From Deltaproteobacteria bacterium (lineage in GTDB: Bacteria; Myxococcota_A; UBA9160; UBA4427), in contig PAQX01000019.1 in the NCBI GenBank assembly GCA_002709835.1, forward strand, positions 46,197 through 110,196: DNA of 64,000 nt, in the 5' to 3' direction. The translations under genes were made by a program, and so were the position numbers. The notes below the pieces were generated by a model. That model did not search any database. It was given only the letters and a program-made list of their open reading frames with translations, and was not told the origin of the DNA. Position 1 is the first letter of the stretch, and each line of letters opens with the position of its first letter. Shown piece after piece: positions 9,269-18,900 of this stretch.

Positions 9269-10170
9269 GACTCGCCAGGCTCGGCATCCTCGAAGAAGAC
9301 CGAGTAAGGCGTTTCGCTCCAGTCTTCCTGGAGATGGAACCCATCGAACCGGCTCATCGGATCGTGATGGGTCGGACGGAAGAGCGGCGTCTTCTGGAAC
9401 GAAGCCCCCCCGTCGATCGCGATGTTCTGGCCGGTCACGAAGGCCGATGCCGGTGACAGCAGGAAGGTGACGACCGCGGCGACCTCGCTCTCGGTCCCGA
9501 GCCGGCAGGCAGGGACGTGTCGGGCGCCCTTCACGGCACTCTCCTGGATCGGCTCCGGGTACGTCCGCATGCCGGATGAGAGGATCGTGCCCGGCGCGAC
9601 GCAGTTCATCCGGATGTCGTAGCGGGACCACTCGAGGGCGAGGGTGATGGTCATGTTCGCGATCCCGGCGCGAGCTGCGGCGCTGTGCACCATCCCGATG
9701 TAGCCGCTCCGGATGTCCGCAAGCATGTTCACGACGGAGCCGCCGTGCTCCTTCATCGACGCTTCAAAGACGGCCTTCGTCACCTGGAAGGTCCCGTTCA
9801 GGTTGAGGTCGACCACCTTCTTGAAGGCGCTCGTCGAGATCTTTTCGGCGGGGGCCGCGAACTGCCCTCCCGCGTTATTGAAGAGCCCGCGGATGGGCCC
9901 GGCGCGCTCGACGAGCTTCGCGACGGCCGCGGTCACCGACTCGTCGTCGCGAACGTCCATCGTCTCGAAGTCACACTCCCCCCCGTCGGCCCGGATCTCT
10001 TGAGCGGTCTCCGCGAGGACGTCTTCCCGACGCCCACAAATCGCCACCCGGGCGCCCAGGCTCGCGAGCTCGTGGGCCGTACACCGCCCGAGGCCGGTCC
10101 CGCCTCCAGTGATCAGGACGGTCTGCCCGTCGAAGAGGCCGGGTCGGAAGATGCTCGCGTAGCCGCCCAT
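9265..10170 (-). CDS. SDR-family oxidoreductase (enoyl/dienoyl-CoA reductase-like)
   Basis: 301 aa. It has the cofactor motif ITGGGTGLG, NNAG, and hydrophobic active-site regions typical of classical SDRs. It overlaps the preceding gene's stop by 4 nt. Confidence 0.9.
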   Translation of the reverse strand: MGGYASIFRPGLFDGQTVLITGGGTGLGRCTAHELASLGARVAICGRREDVLAETAQEIRADGGECDFETMDVRDDESVTAAVAKLVERAGPIRGLFNNAGGQFAAPAEKISTSAFKKVVDLNLNGTFQVTKAVFEASMKEHGGSVVNMLADIRSGYIGMVHSAAARAGIANMTITLALEWSRYDIRMNCVAPGTILSSGMRTYPEPIQESAVKGARHVPACRLGTESEVAAVVTFLLSPASAFVTGQNIAIDGGASFQKTPLFRPTHHDPMSRFDGFHLQEDWSETPYSVFFEDAEPGES

Positions 10171-10316
10171 TGCGCGTCGTCCCCTCGTGTCGTGGATCCG
10201 GACCAGCGTAGCCGAGTGAGCTCCGATTCGGCCGTCATCCCCCTGGAACCCGCCGGTTTTGATGGCGCACGGGGGCAGCCGCCTCTTGCCCGATCGAGCT
10301 AGCCTCCGGCTCCGTC

Positions 10317-11606
10317 ATGTCGAATCCGAACCTCACGATCGAAGGATCCGTCGCCCCAGGCTTCGAGTCCGTCCGCGACCTCTACGCCCGCAACATGCGA
10401 AAGCTGGAGGAGCGGAACACGCAGCTCTGCGTCTACCACCGCGGCGAGAAGGTCGTCGATCTCTGGGGGACCCAGATCGGCGACACCGACTTCACCCCCG
10501 ATACGCTGGTCAACATCTTCAGCAGCGGGAAGAGCATGGAGGCGATCGCGATCGCCTCTCTCCACGGTCGCGGCCTCCTCGACTACGACAAGAGGATCGC
10601 CGACTACTGGCCCGAGTTCGGTCAGCAGGGCAAGGAAGACCTGACGGTCGCGGACCTCATGCGCCACGAAGGCGGCCTCGCGAGCTTCGACCGCTCAATC
10701 GAGCCCGAGGCACTCTTTCCCGAGAACATCAAGAAGAACCAGGTCGCTCCGATCATCGAGACCCAGATCGCGCGCTTTCCGCAGCGTGAAGACACGAACC
10801 GGGAGTACCACGCGATCACTCGAGGCTGGGTGGCCAACGAGATCTTCCGACGGATCGACCCGGCGGGCCGGACGATCGGCGACTTCCTACGCGAAGAGGT
10901 GAGCACCCCGCTGAAGGTCGAGGCCTACGTCGGACTCAGGGAGAACGAGCTCCCCCGCGTATCCCCGGTGATCATCGTCTCCTTCCTTTTCATCCTCCTC
11001 CAGAGCCTGATCCCGAAATTCCTCGGCCGACGGATCGAGAAGAACATCTTCCAGCTCGGTGCGCGGATCTTCCGAATCCTTCGCAGCGCCCGGAACGGGT
11101 CGACCGCCCGCCGCGACGTCCCGCCGATCGCTGGCGGCGGCGGCCTCCCGGACTTCAATTCGCGCGAGGTCCGGATGGGTGAGACGCCCTCAGCCAACAC
11201 CCACTCGAACGCGCGCAGCCTGGCCAAGATCGCGGCGATGGTCGCGAACGGCGGGGCTTTGGACGGGCGCGAAGTACTCCCCCGCGCCGCCTGCGACGCC
11301 ATGCACGCCGAGACGATCGAAGCGGACATGATCATCATGCCATGCGCATTCTCTCAGGGCGGTGTGAACGCCTTCGGAAAGACGAGCGTCGGAAATCGCG
11401 ACTTCGGCGAGGCCCTGAACGAGGGCCGCGAGGGCTTCTTCGGCTGGATGGGCTTCGGCGGCTCGATCTTCCAGTGGAACCGAGAGCGCGAGATCGGCTT
11501 CGGCTACGTCCCGACCTCGCTCCACGCCCTCGATCTCTTCAACGAGCGGGGCAAGGAGTACCAGCGCGAAGTCCTGCGCTGCGTGGAGAAGCTCGGCGCG
11601 AGCTGA
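10317..11606 (+). CDS. beta-lactamase-fold serine hydrolase (esterase / class-C-related)
   Basis: 429 aa. It has an SxxK nucleophile motif (FSSGKSM) about 70 aa from the N-terminus, a conserved HEGGL, and a C-terminal GWMGFGGS (KTG-like region). No signal peptide is obvious. Confidence 0.85.
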   Translation: MSNPNLTIEGSVAPGFESVRDLYARNMRKLEERNTQLCVYHRGEKVVDLWGTQIGDTDFTPDTLVNIFSSGKSMEAIAIASLHGRGLLDYDKRIADYWPEFGQQGKEDLTVADLMRHEGGLASFDRSIEPEALFPENIKKNQVAPIIETQIARFPQREDTNREYHAITRGWVANEIFRRIDPAGRTIGDFLREEVSTPLKVEAYVGLRENELPRVSPVIIVSFLFILLQSLIPKFLGRRIEKNIFQLGARIFRILRSARNGSTARRDVPPIAGGGGLPDFNSREVRMGETPSANTHSNARSLAKIAAMVANGGALDGREVLPRAACDAMHAETIEADMIIMPCAFSQGGVNAFGKTSVGNRDFGEALNEGREGFFGWMGFGGSIFQWNREREIGFGYVPTSLHALDLFNERGKEYQREVLRCVEKLGAS

Positions 11607-11949
11607 TTCGCGATAGAGGGGGGCGCCGACGGCCTCGCCCTGGCCGCCTTCCCGGTCCTCGCGAACGTGGGCCGATCCTTGGGAAGGGGCACGCTTGAGC
11701 GCCGCTCAGGAGGGGGGCATACGCTCGAGATGCCCCTGATCGCGTGGCTCGTCGCCCCCCGTCGACTCTCAGGATCCTGGCCGTCGCGCTCTTCGTGAAC
11801 CTGAGGCGGGCCATCGCCGCATGACTCCAGGCGATTGCCCCGGCCCAAGGAATCCGTGTCCATCGAAGAGGCGGTCTGCTAGCTTCGGTGTGCCCTCGGG
11901 TCTTCGTGCTCGCACGAATTGCCTTTCTGCCTTGCCTTGCAAGGACCGC

Positions 11950-12026
11950 GCGCCGGTAGCTCAGCTGGATAGAGCATCAGGCTTCGAACCTGAGGGTCGG
12001 GGGTTCGAATCCCTCCCGGCGTGCCA
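11950..12026 (+). tRNA. tRNA-Arg (anticodon TCG)
   Basis: A 77-nt cloverleaf folded by hand. Acceptor GCGCCGG/CCGGCGT (G1-U72 wobble). D arm GCTC-AGCTGGATA-GAGC. Anticodon stem TCAGG/CCTGA with loop CTTCGAA. Variable loop GGGTC. T arm GGGGG-TTCGAAT-CCCTC. Discriminator G with an encoded CCA. Confidence 0.95.
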
Positions 12027-12036
12027 TTAATTCCGC

Positions 12037-12756
12037 CTACTTAGGCGGATCATCGCATTCGAATTCCTCGAATTGGGCCGTTTTGGGCCGTCCGGGGCCA
12101 CCGAAGTCGGCGAACGAGAGGTCGGTTTCCTCCTCTCGAAGCGCATGGGCGTAGACCCGAAGCGTGAACGCCGGGTCCGCATGGCCGAGTTGATCGGATG
12201 CCCAGCGAATGTTCTTGCCCGCGTGAAGCGCGAAGGTCGCCCACGTATGACGAGCGTCGTGGATGCGAAGCGGACGAACGCCGAGCGGCTGAGCGCGTCG
12301 ACGGATGCGGTTCCAGACGCGTGTGACGTTGCTCGGATCCAATGCGGTCCCAGCCTCGGAGCAGAACACCCACTTCGGCGGCTCAGCCCAGCCTCGAGTC
12401 ATCCCCTGAATGCGCCTCTTCGCCAGCAAGTCGAACAGATCCGAGGCAAGCGAGGCGGTCATCTGGGCCCGCCGCGACCGGCCGTTCTTCGGCGTACTCT
12501 CGCCCTGTGTGCCGACCGAGCGGCGAATCGAGCGGCCTCTTCCAGGCGACTTCGCACGTCACGGCCCCACGGCGTGCTGGAATTCATCCGCAGCAATCTG
12601 GATTTCGTCGTGACCACAGCGGCCACACGCAATCGCGAGCTTGATGTATCTCTCGGCGGCCCCGTTCAGCCCTTCAGAGACACCAGCCTCACTCAGCTGC
12701 TCGAAGTGCCGCCTCCAGCTCCTACGGCAGCGCCCTGCCGTGTGCTTTCGCTCTAA
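12037..12756 (-). pseudogene. tyrosine recombinase (phage-type integrase), truncated and interrupted
   Basis: The 141-aa ORF (12037-12462) carries only the C-terminal catalytic half: HDARHTWAT (the HxxR region) and LGHADPAFTLRVYAH (His and the Tyr nucleophile). In the same frame upstream, STPKNGRSRRAQ (the Lys/Arg beta-strand region) is readable, but an in-frame TGA sits at 12559-12561. Only about 240 codons exist before the AT-rich sequence begins. Confidence 0.7.
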
Positions 12757-12997
12757 TCCAAGGGAGTCGTCGCTGTCGCCGACGACTTGAGCTGACTAAC
12801 AGATGGGGCATTTGCATGATCACCGAAGCAGACCGTGAGCATTTCACCCCTCACCTTCCCTTTCATACCGTTTCGAATCCCCCTAACCCCTTTTTCTCCC
12901 TAGATCTGGCATGAGGGTGACTTGTTTTCACCTGCATTATGTGTATCAATTGTGTGTAGATCCTTGCCCAACGCAAGGAAATTTGGGGGGTTTATTG

Positions 12998-13231
12998 ATG
13001 CTGGATCAGGTTCGAACTTTCCTTAGAACGGCAACTGAACTCGGGCTGCTTTTAGTGGCACTAGCCGTCGTACTTCAAATTCTGTTCGGCTCTGCCGTTC
13101 CATTTGTCGGAGGGGATGTCGTCGGAAACATCACGAGTTTGATTGGCTCGTTGGGCCAGCAGGGTCTCGTCGGGCTTATTGCTCTCTTGGTCATCGTTTA
13201 CCTGTTTCAAAGACAGCCTAGGGCGGCCTGA
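12998..13231 (+). CDS. small membrane protein, 2 predicted TM helices (77 aa), unknown function
   Basis: The ATG at 12998 is preceded by a GGGGGG run. The translation MLDQVRTFLRTATELGLLLVALAVVLQILFG...GLVGLIALLVIVYLFQRQPRAA has two hydrophobic spans. A strong terminator lies about 45 nt downstream. It sits in the AT-richer islet. Confidence 0.45.
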   Translation: MLDQVRTFLRTATELGLLLVALAVVLQILFGSAVPFVGGDVVGNITSLIGSLGQQGLVGLIALLVIVYLFQRQPRAA

Positions 13232-13275
13232 ATGATCGCCGGGAAGCCCAATTGGAGCTGACCCGGAAGGCCATA

Positions 13276-13314
13276 AAAACGGGCATGCCTTTTAAGGCAT
13301 GCCCGTTTTCTTTG
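13276..13314. terminator. bidirectional rho-independent terminator
   Basis: A perfect stem CGGGCATGCC (13280-13289) / GGCATGCCCG (13296-13305) with loop TTTTAA. It is flanked by AAAA on the left and TTTTCTTT on the right, so either strand reads a GC stem followed by a U-run. Confidence 0.75.
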
Positions 13315-13763
13315 GAGGCCCGGCTTAGGCCCGCTGCGGAGCCGAGTCGTCGCTGAGGATCTTACGGAGCGCCTCGACCGCGTCCCGAGCGACGTTAAAA
13401 GTGGATGCGGGCACCGTCGAAGGCATTTTCTCCGCTGTGACTCTTCCCGTTCTCATTGAATGACTGAAATGGAAGAGTTCGGGGCTCCTCACTCAGGCCG
13501 TGCTCTAGGTATTGCCGGAGCCTGGCGTTGCGCTTTTGCTAGGACTCGGGGTTAGAGGTCTTTCGCTCAATCGGTCTTCGCGTCGACGGGGCCTCCCATG
13601 ACCAGAGGGGCCGACGGTCGCATCGGCCTTGAGCACTATTTCTATCCGGTCGATGGCACCTGTCAGGGATCCGAAGCCTATCGGGGCAGCTTCGGCTCTG
13701 GCGCGGTCTGCCCTTCGAGGTTTCCAGCCTCGAGCACCGCCCCTGAGTCGTCGAGGAGAGCAC

Positions 13764-14507
13764 ATGGCGAATAATATCTACCACGGGGTCGTTCGAACAC
13801 GCGACCAGATCACTCCCAACATGCTGCGCTTCTCGCTCGAGAGCGAAGCGTTAAGCGATTTCCCAGACGGCTTTGAAGGCGGCTACGTAAAACTCGTTTT
13901 CCCGCGACCCGAGGCGAAACGACCCGCCATGAGGTCCTATACCGTTCGCTCCTTCGATCGCGGTGCCCGACAAGTCACTCTTGAGATGGTCACGCATGGC
14001 GATCTCGGACCTGCGGGTCGTTGGGCCGAACGCGCGAAGCTCGGCGATTCCATCGTCTTCGCCGGGCCAGGGCCCTGCCGCTCCGCGGACCCGAGCGCTG
14101 ATTGGTTCCTGCTAGCGGGCGACATGACAGCTCTACCAGCGATCTCTGTTCAACTTGAGAACCTCCCGCCAAACGCCGTCGGCGATGCGGTGATCGAGGT
14201 CATCAGCGACGAAGACCGTCGAAAAATCATCCGACCCGACGGCATTGAGGTCCACTGGATCACGAATCCGGAGCCGGCGCGCCCGAACTCTTTGCTCGCC
14301 GATGCTGTGATGAATCTGCCCTGGCGATCCGGCAGAGTGTCTGCTTGGATCGCCAGCGAGTTCGCAAATGCACGCGCACTACGGCAGTACATGCGACACG
14401 ACCGGGCCGTCGACCGCGATTCGCTCTACGTGAGCTGCTACTGGAAGATTGGCGATACCGATGAGGGGATGAAGGCGGCGAAGGGCTCAGATTCGGAGTC
14501 CTGGTAG
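13764..14507 (+). CDS. siderophore-interacting protein (SIP/ViuB-type flavin reductase)
   Basis: The ATG at 13764 follows GGAGAG. It has the FAD-binding RxYT motif (MRSYTVRS), LLAGDMTALPAI, WIASEFANARALRQYM and YWKIG, which together give the FAD_binding_9 + SIP layout. The longer 292-aa ORF was rejected. Confidence 0.85.
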   Translation: MANNIYHGVVRTRDQITPNMLRFSLESEALSDFPDGFEGGYVKLVFPRPEAKRPAMRSYTVRSFDRGARQVTLEMVTHGDLGPAGRWAERAKLGDSIVFAGPGPCRSADPSADWFLLAGDMTALPAISVQLENLPPNAVGDAVIEVISDEDRRKIIRPDGIEVHWITNPEPARPNSLLADAVMNLPWRSGRVSAWIASEFANARALRQYMRHDRAVDRDSLYVSCYWKIGDTDEGMKAAKGSDSESW

Positions 14508-14543
14508 TCGCCACGTCGCACGGCCTCCGAAGCGAAGGGCGGT

Positions 14544-15935
14544 TCAGCTTGACACAGGCGGCTCGGAGAGCGTCCGCTCATCAGGGTTGAAGAAGCGCAA
14601 GAAGCGCCAAGCGATCACGATGGCTTTGAGCGCCTCTTCAAAGATCAGTACATACCAGAGGCCGATTACGCCGAGCTGCCGGTCGACACATAGCCACCAT
14701 GCGAGCGGAAGACTGATCCCCCACATCATGAGCTGGGTCGCGATCACCGGAACCCGAACGTCCCCCATCGTTTTGAGTGAGTGGAAGAGCACCGTGTTCA
14801 CTGCGCTGAGGGGCTGCACAAAAATGGTTAGCCAGAGCAGACGACTCGCCTCGGCGAGCACGACCGGGTCGTCAGTAAAAAGGCCGAGCAGCGGATCCGC
14901 GGAAAGATAGAGCGCGACAGCGAGCCCCGTCGTGAGCACCGTCGCAACCCAGGAAGCGTGGAATGCCGCCGCGAATACCGATTTTTTCCGACCTGCGCCG
15001 AACCGGTAGCCGACCATGACCTCGTTCGCCTGGCTGATCGCCATGAGTACGACGATCAGGAAAGAGCTCAGCGCGAGGGTGAACGAGCGCGCGAGAACCA
15101 TCGCGACGTCGAACCGCGCGATGAAGCTCACGAGAAACATCTGGTAGACGCCGTAGGCTAGATTGTCAGCAGTCGTTGGGAACGAGATTTCGAGGAGATC
15201 CTTCAGGGTCTGCTTGAGTTGCGCACCTTCGAGCCAATCCCGGATCCGAACGCCGAGACTGCGCCACAAGACGAAGAGCAGGACGAACATGCCCTGCACC
15301 CGGACGATCAGGGTGGCGATCGCCGAGCCCGCGACACCGAGTTCAGGAAAGGGGCCGAACCCGAAGATCAGGAGCGAGGCTGCCAGCAAGTAGAGGGCAT
15401 ACGCGAAGATGCCTAGGAAGAGCAGCATCCTCGTCCGCCCGAAGCCACGGAGCGTCGCGGTACCCGCCATCATGACGCCGTTGAAAACGATCGTCGCCGA
15501 CGCGATCTGGAGATAGAGGACCGTGTCCTCGAATATCTCCGCCGGTGTGTTGATCCACGCCGCCATCGTCCGACCGGCCAGCAAGAGCGCCGACCCGAGC
15601 ACGAGGCTGAGCACGAAGTTCGCCGCGACGGTCGTGAGCGCGATCGAACGCGCCGCGTCCGCGTCGCCACGCCCGAGGGCGCGCGAGATCAGCGCGACAC
15701 CTCCGACCGCAAAAAGGACCGACAGGTCGTAGGCGACCAGCAGAATCTGGTTCGCGAGGCTGACGGCCGCCGCTGCGTTCGCGGAGTAGGAGCTGATCAG
15801 GATCGTGTCGATCAGCGTCACGATCATGCCGATCCCGGCGTTCAACAGGAGCGGATAGCTCAGCTGGAAGAGCGTCTTGTCCACGGCCTCCCCGGCCGCG
15901 GCGCGCGCTTCCCCGGGCTCGGCATCGGCGCTCAT
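14544..15935 (-). CDS. MATE-family efflux transporter (463 aa)
   Basis: Starts at the ATG at 15935 (MSADAEPGEARAAAGEAVDKTLFQLSYPLLLNAGIGMIV...). About 12 hydrophobic segments are present. The start overlaps the NRPS stop as ATGA (15932-15935). The 623-aa version in the ORF track is an Arg/Gly-rich artefact. Confidence 0.9.
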   Translation of the reverse strand: MSADAEPGEARAAAGEAVDKTLFQLSYPLLLNAGIGMIVTLIDTILISSYSANAAAAVSLANQILLVAYDLSVLFAVGGVALISRALGRGDADAARSIALTTVAANFVLSLVLGSALLLAGRTMAAWINTPAEIFEDTVLYLQIASATIVFNGVMMAGTATLRGFGRTRMLLFLGIFAYALYLLAASLLIFGFGPFPELGVAGSAIATLIVRVQGMFVLLFVLWRSLGVRIRDWLEGAQLKQTLKDLLEISFPTTADNLAYGVYQMFLVSFIARFDVAMVLARSFTLALSSFLIVVLMAISQANEVMVGYRFGAGRKKSVFAAAFHASWVATVLTTGLAVALYLSADPLLGLFTDDPVVLAEASRLLWLTIFVQPLSAVNTVLFHSLKTMGDVRVPVIATQLMMWGISLPLAWWLCVDRQLGVIGLWYVLIFEEALKAIVIAWRFLRFFNPDERTLSEPPVSS

Positions 15936-18900
15936 TCTTCGTTCCCGAATCGGACCTGGGCCAGGACCGCGGCGAGCTCCGAGGCTTCCAGGTCGTGACC
16001 GGGCACGGGCGCGTCTCCACCCTCGAGACACGCCGCCACCAACGCCTTGAGCGCCTGAACGGCTTCGTCCGCCACGCGCTCGATCAAATCGGGAGCGAGA
16101 TCCGTCGCGACGAATTCCCATTCCATCGTGACTTCCCCGCCGGAGATCCAAGCATTCAAGTCGAGGCGATGGGGGCGCTCGTTCCCCGCCGCAGCGCGCG
16201 GGCCCGGGACCGGCTCCCGAGAGAGCCCCTGGTCGTTCCCGCGCCCCGCGTCGAGTTGGCCGAGGTAGTTGAACCCGACCGCGGGTCGAACCGCGAGTGC
16301 CTCGCCGCCTTCCGAATAGCGAAGCAAGCCGTAGCCGAGGCCCTCCGCGGGCACCGCCTCGAGGGCGGACCGGACGTGGCGAACCCGCTCGATCGGCGCG
16401 GCGTCCTCGGGCCACTCGGGAGTGAACGGATGGAGCGCGGTGAACCAGCCGACCGTGCGCGACGCGTCGTACAGGATCTCGAGATCGCGGGCGTCTCGCC
16501 CGTGGGTCTCGACGGCGAGCGTCGGGGGCGGCGCGCCCGTCGTCTCGGCGAGGGCCGTCGCGGCGGACGTGAGCAGGAGCGTATGCGGATCGAATTCCGT
16601 CGCCCGCGGAATCTCGCGGGTCAGCCGCTCGGTCTCCGCGACCGGGAGGCGGCGCGTGATCGTCTCGACATCGCCATATCGCGTCGGCGCCGGCTCGGGC
16701 GCGCCCGGCATCGCCGTCCGCGCTTCCGCCACGACCGCGCGCCAGTAGTCGCGCTCGGCCTCGACAAGGGGGCGTGCCGCGACGAGGGCCTCGCTCCAGG
16801 CGCGAAAGCTGACCCCGCCCTGCAAGACGGGCAGATCCGGGAAGCGATAGGCGTGGCTCAGATCGTCGAGCAGGATCCGCCAGGACACCCCGTCGACGAT
16901 CAGGTGGTGGACCACGAATACGAGCAGCGGCCCTGCGCGTTCACCGCGGTCGAAGAGCGCGGCGCGGACGAGCGGTCCCGCCGAGAGATCGAGGCCCGCG
17001 TGCATCGCCGCGATCGCCGCGTGGAGCTCTGCATTGGATGCTCCACGGACGCGCTCGATCTCGAACGTCCCGAGCGACTCGGCATGGAACTGGCGCCAGC
17101 CCTCGTCGGTTCGCTCGAAGCGGAGACGAAGCGCCCCATGGGCCTCGAAGGTACGACGCGTCGCCTCGGCGAGGGCATCCACGTCGACTTTCCGGGGCAA
17201 ACCGATCGCGACGGCCTGGTTGAAATGCGCGGGACGTTCGGCCGGCCGCTCCAGGAACCACGACTGGATCGGCGTGAGCGGTACTTCGCCTTCCGCCGGC
17301 GGGGCCTCGGCGGGGACCGGGTTCGCGCGCCCGGCGACGAGCGCGAGCTCTTCGACCGTCTGGTACTGGAAGACGTCCGCTGGCGTGAGTCCCAGTCCGG
17401 CGCGGGCCGCAGCGCTCACGATCTGAAGCGCGATGATCGAGTCGCCGCCCGCCTCGAAGAAGTTGGTCTCGCGCCCGAGCGTCGGCTCGGGGAGGAAGGC
17501 GCGCCAGATCCCGAGCAGCGCGTCTTCGGTCGGGCTCTCTCCCTCGCTCGCGCCGGCCTCGACCGCGGACTCGGAGAAGGTCGGTCGGGGGAGCGCCTCG
17601 ATATCGACCTTGCCGTTCGGACCGAGGGGGAACGCGTCGACCCAGGTAAAGGAAGCGGGCATCATCTGCCGCGGCAGACGCGCGAGCAATTCGACCCGGA
17701 GCGAAGCCGAGGACGGACGAACGGTGTCCTCCGCCGGCAAGAGCCAGGCGACGAGCCGCCGCTCCGAGGCGGAGTCGCCCTCCGCACGGACCACCGCGTC
17801 GGCGATCGCCTGGTTCGAGACGAGGGCGCTCTCGATCTCGCCGGGTTCGATCCGGAAGCCCCGGACCTTCACCTGGTCGTCGATCCGACCGAGGAATTCG
17901 ACCACGCCATCCCTTCCGAACCGAACCCGGTCGCCCGTTCGATAGAGCGTGAGCGCGGCATCGTCGATCGCGTCGCGGCGCGGATCCAGGAAGGGGTTCG
18001 GGACGAAACGCTCGGCGGTCAGGGCCGGGCGCCGATGATAGGCGCGCGCCAACCCGTCTCCGCCGAGATAGAGCTCGCCGGGCACGCCCGGCGGAACCGG
18101 CTGCATCGACTCGTCGAGCACATAGACCTGCGTGAACCCGATCGGTCGACCGATCGGCGCGCTCGGCAGATCCGAACCCGGCGCGAGCTCGCTCGGCTCG
18201 AACCGATGGCAGCAGGTGAACGTCGTCCCCTCGGTCGGCCCGTAGCCGTTGATCAGTCGCGTGTTCGGCAGCGCCGCCTGCGCACGCCGAAGATGATCGA
18301 CCGAGAGCACGTCGCCCCCGGCGAGCAACTGCCGGACCGTCGCGAAGCGCTCGAGTCCATCGTCGACGACGAGGTGGAAGAGGCCAGCGGTCAGCCAGAG
18401 CGTCGTCACGCCGTGGTTCTCGACCAGCCCGCCGAGGGTCTCTAGCGCGAGCGGGCCCGACGTCTCCGCGTCCGGCAGGACGAGACAGCCGCCGTTCAGG
18501 AGCGGGCCCCAGATCTCGAGCGTCGACGCGTCGAAACCCATCGGCGCGGCGCCCAGGAAGACCTCGTCCGGACCGAAGTCGACGAAGCGATCCTGCTTCA
18601 CGAGACGCGTCACGCCGCGGTGGGGCACGGCGACGCCCTTCGGCGTTCCGGTCGAGCCCGAGGTGTACATGAGATAGGCGAGTCGATCGGGGCCCGAGGA
18701 GACCGCGAGCAAGGCATCCGCCGCCGCGTCGCCCGTGGACGGAACCGACGCGAGACAGAGCCACTCCGCCGCGAACGCTTCGGGGGCCGAGGCCCGGGTC
18801 GCGGACACGATCGTGCGAAGGTCCGCGTCCTCGATCGTCCACGCGATCCGAGCGGTCGGAAGACTCGTGTCCAGGGGAACGTAGACGCCGCCGATCTGGA

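Noticed and set aside
10317-11606. Beta-lactamase-fold (S12-like) hydrolase considered as the prodrug-activating peptidase for the acyl-D-Asn module
   Set aside because: It is separated from the cluster by the tRNA/integrase scar. It lacks an obvious signal peptide and the three C-terminal TM helices typical of ClbP-type peptidases. It looks like an esterase/LACTB-type enzyme.
11712-11943. Hairpin GGGGCAT-N9-ATGCCCC (about 11712-11735) and the 10-bp palindrome CCTTGCAAGG just upstream of the tRNA
   Set aside because: No U-run follows the hairpin and the palindrome has no evident partner or conservation information. Both could arise by chance in GC-rich intergenic DNA.
14544-16415. 623-aa version of the MATE ORF, and the 2651-aa version of the NRPS ORF (to 23887)
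   Set aside because: The extra N-terminal segments are Arg/Gly/Pro-rich and overlap the 3' ends of the upstream coding genes. Internal starts at 15935 and 23698 give canonical protein N-termini and ATGA / TGATG coupling junctions.
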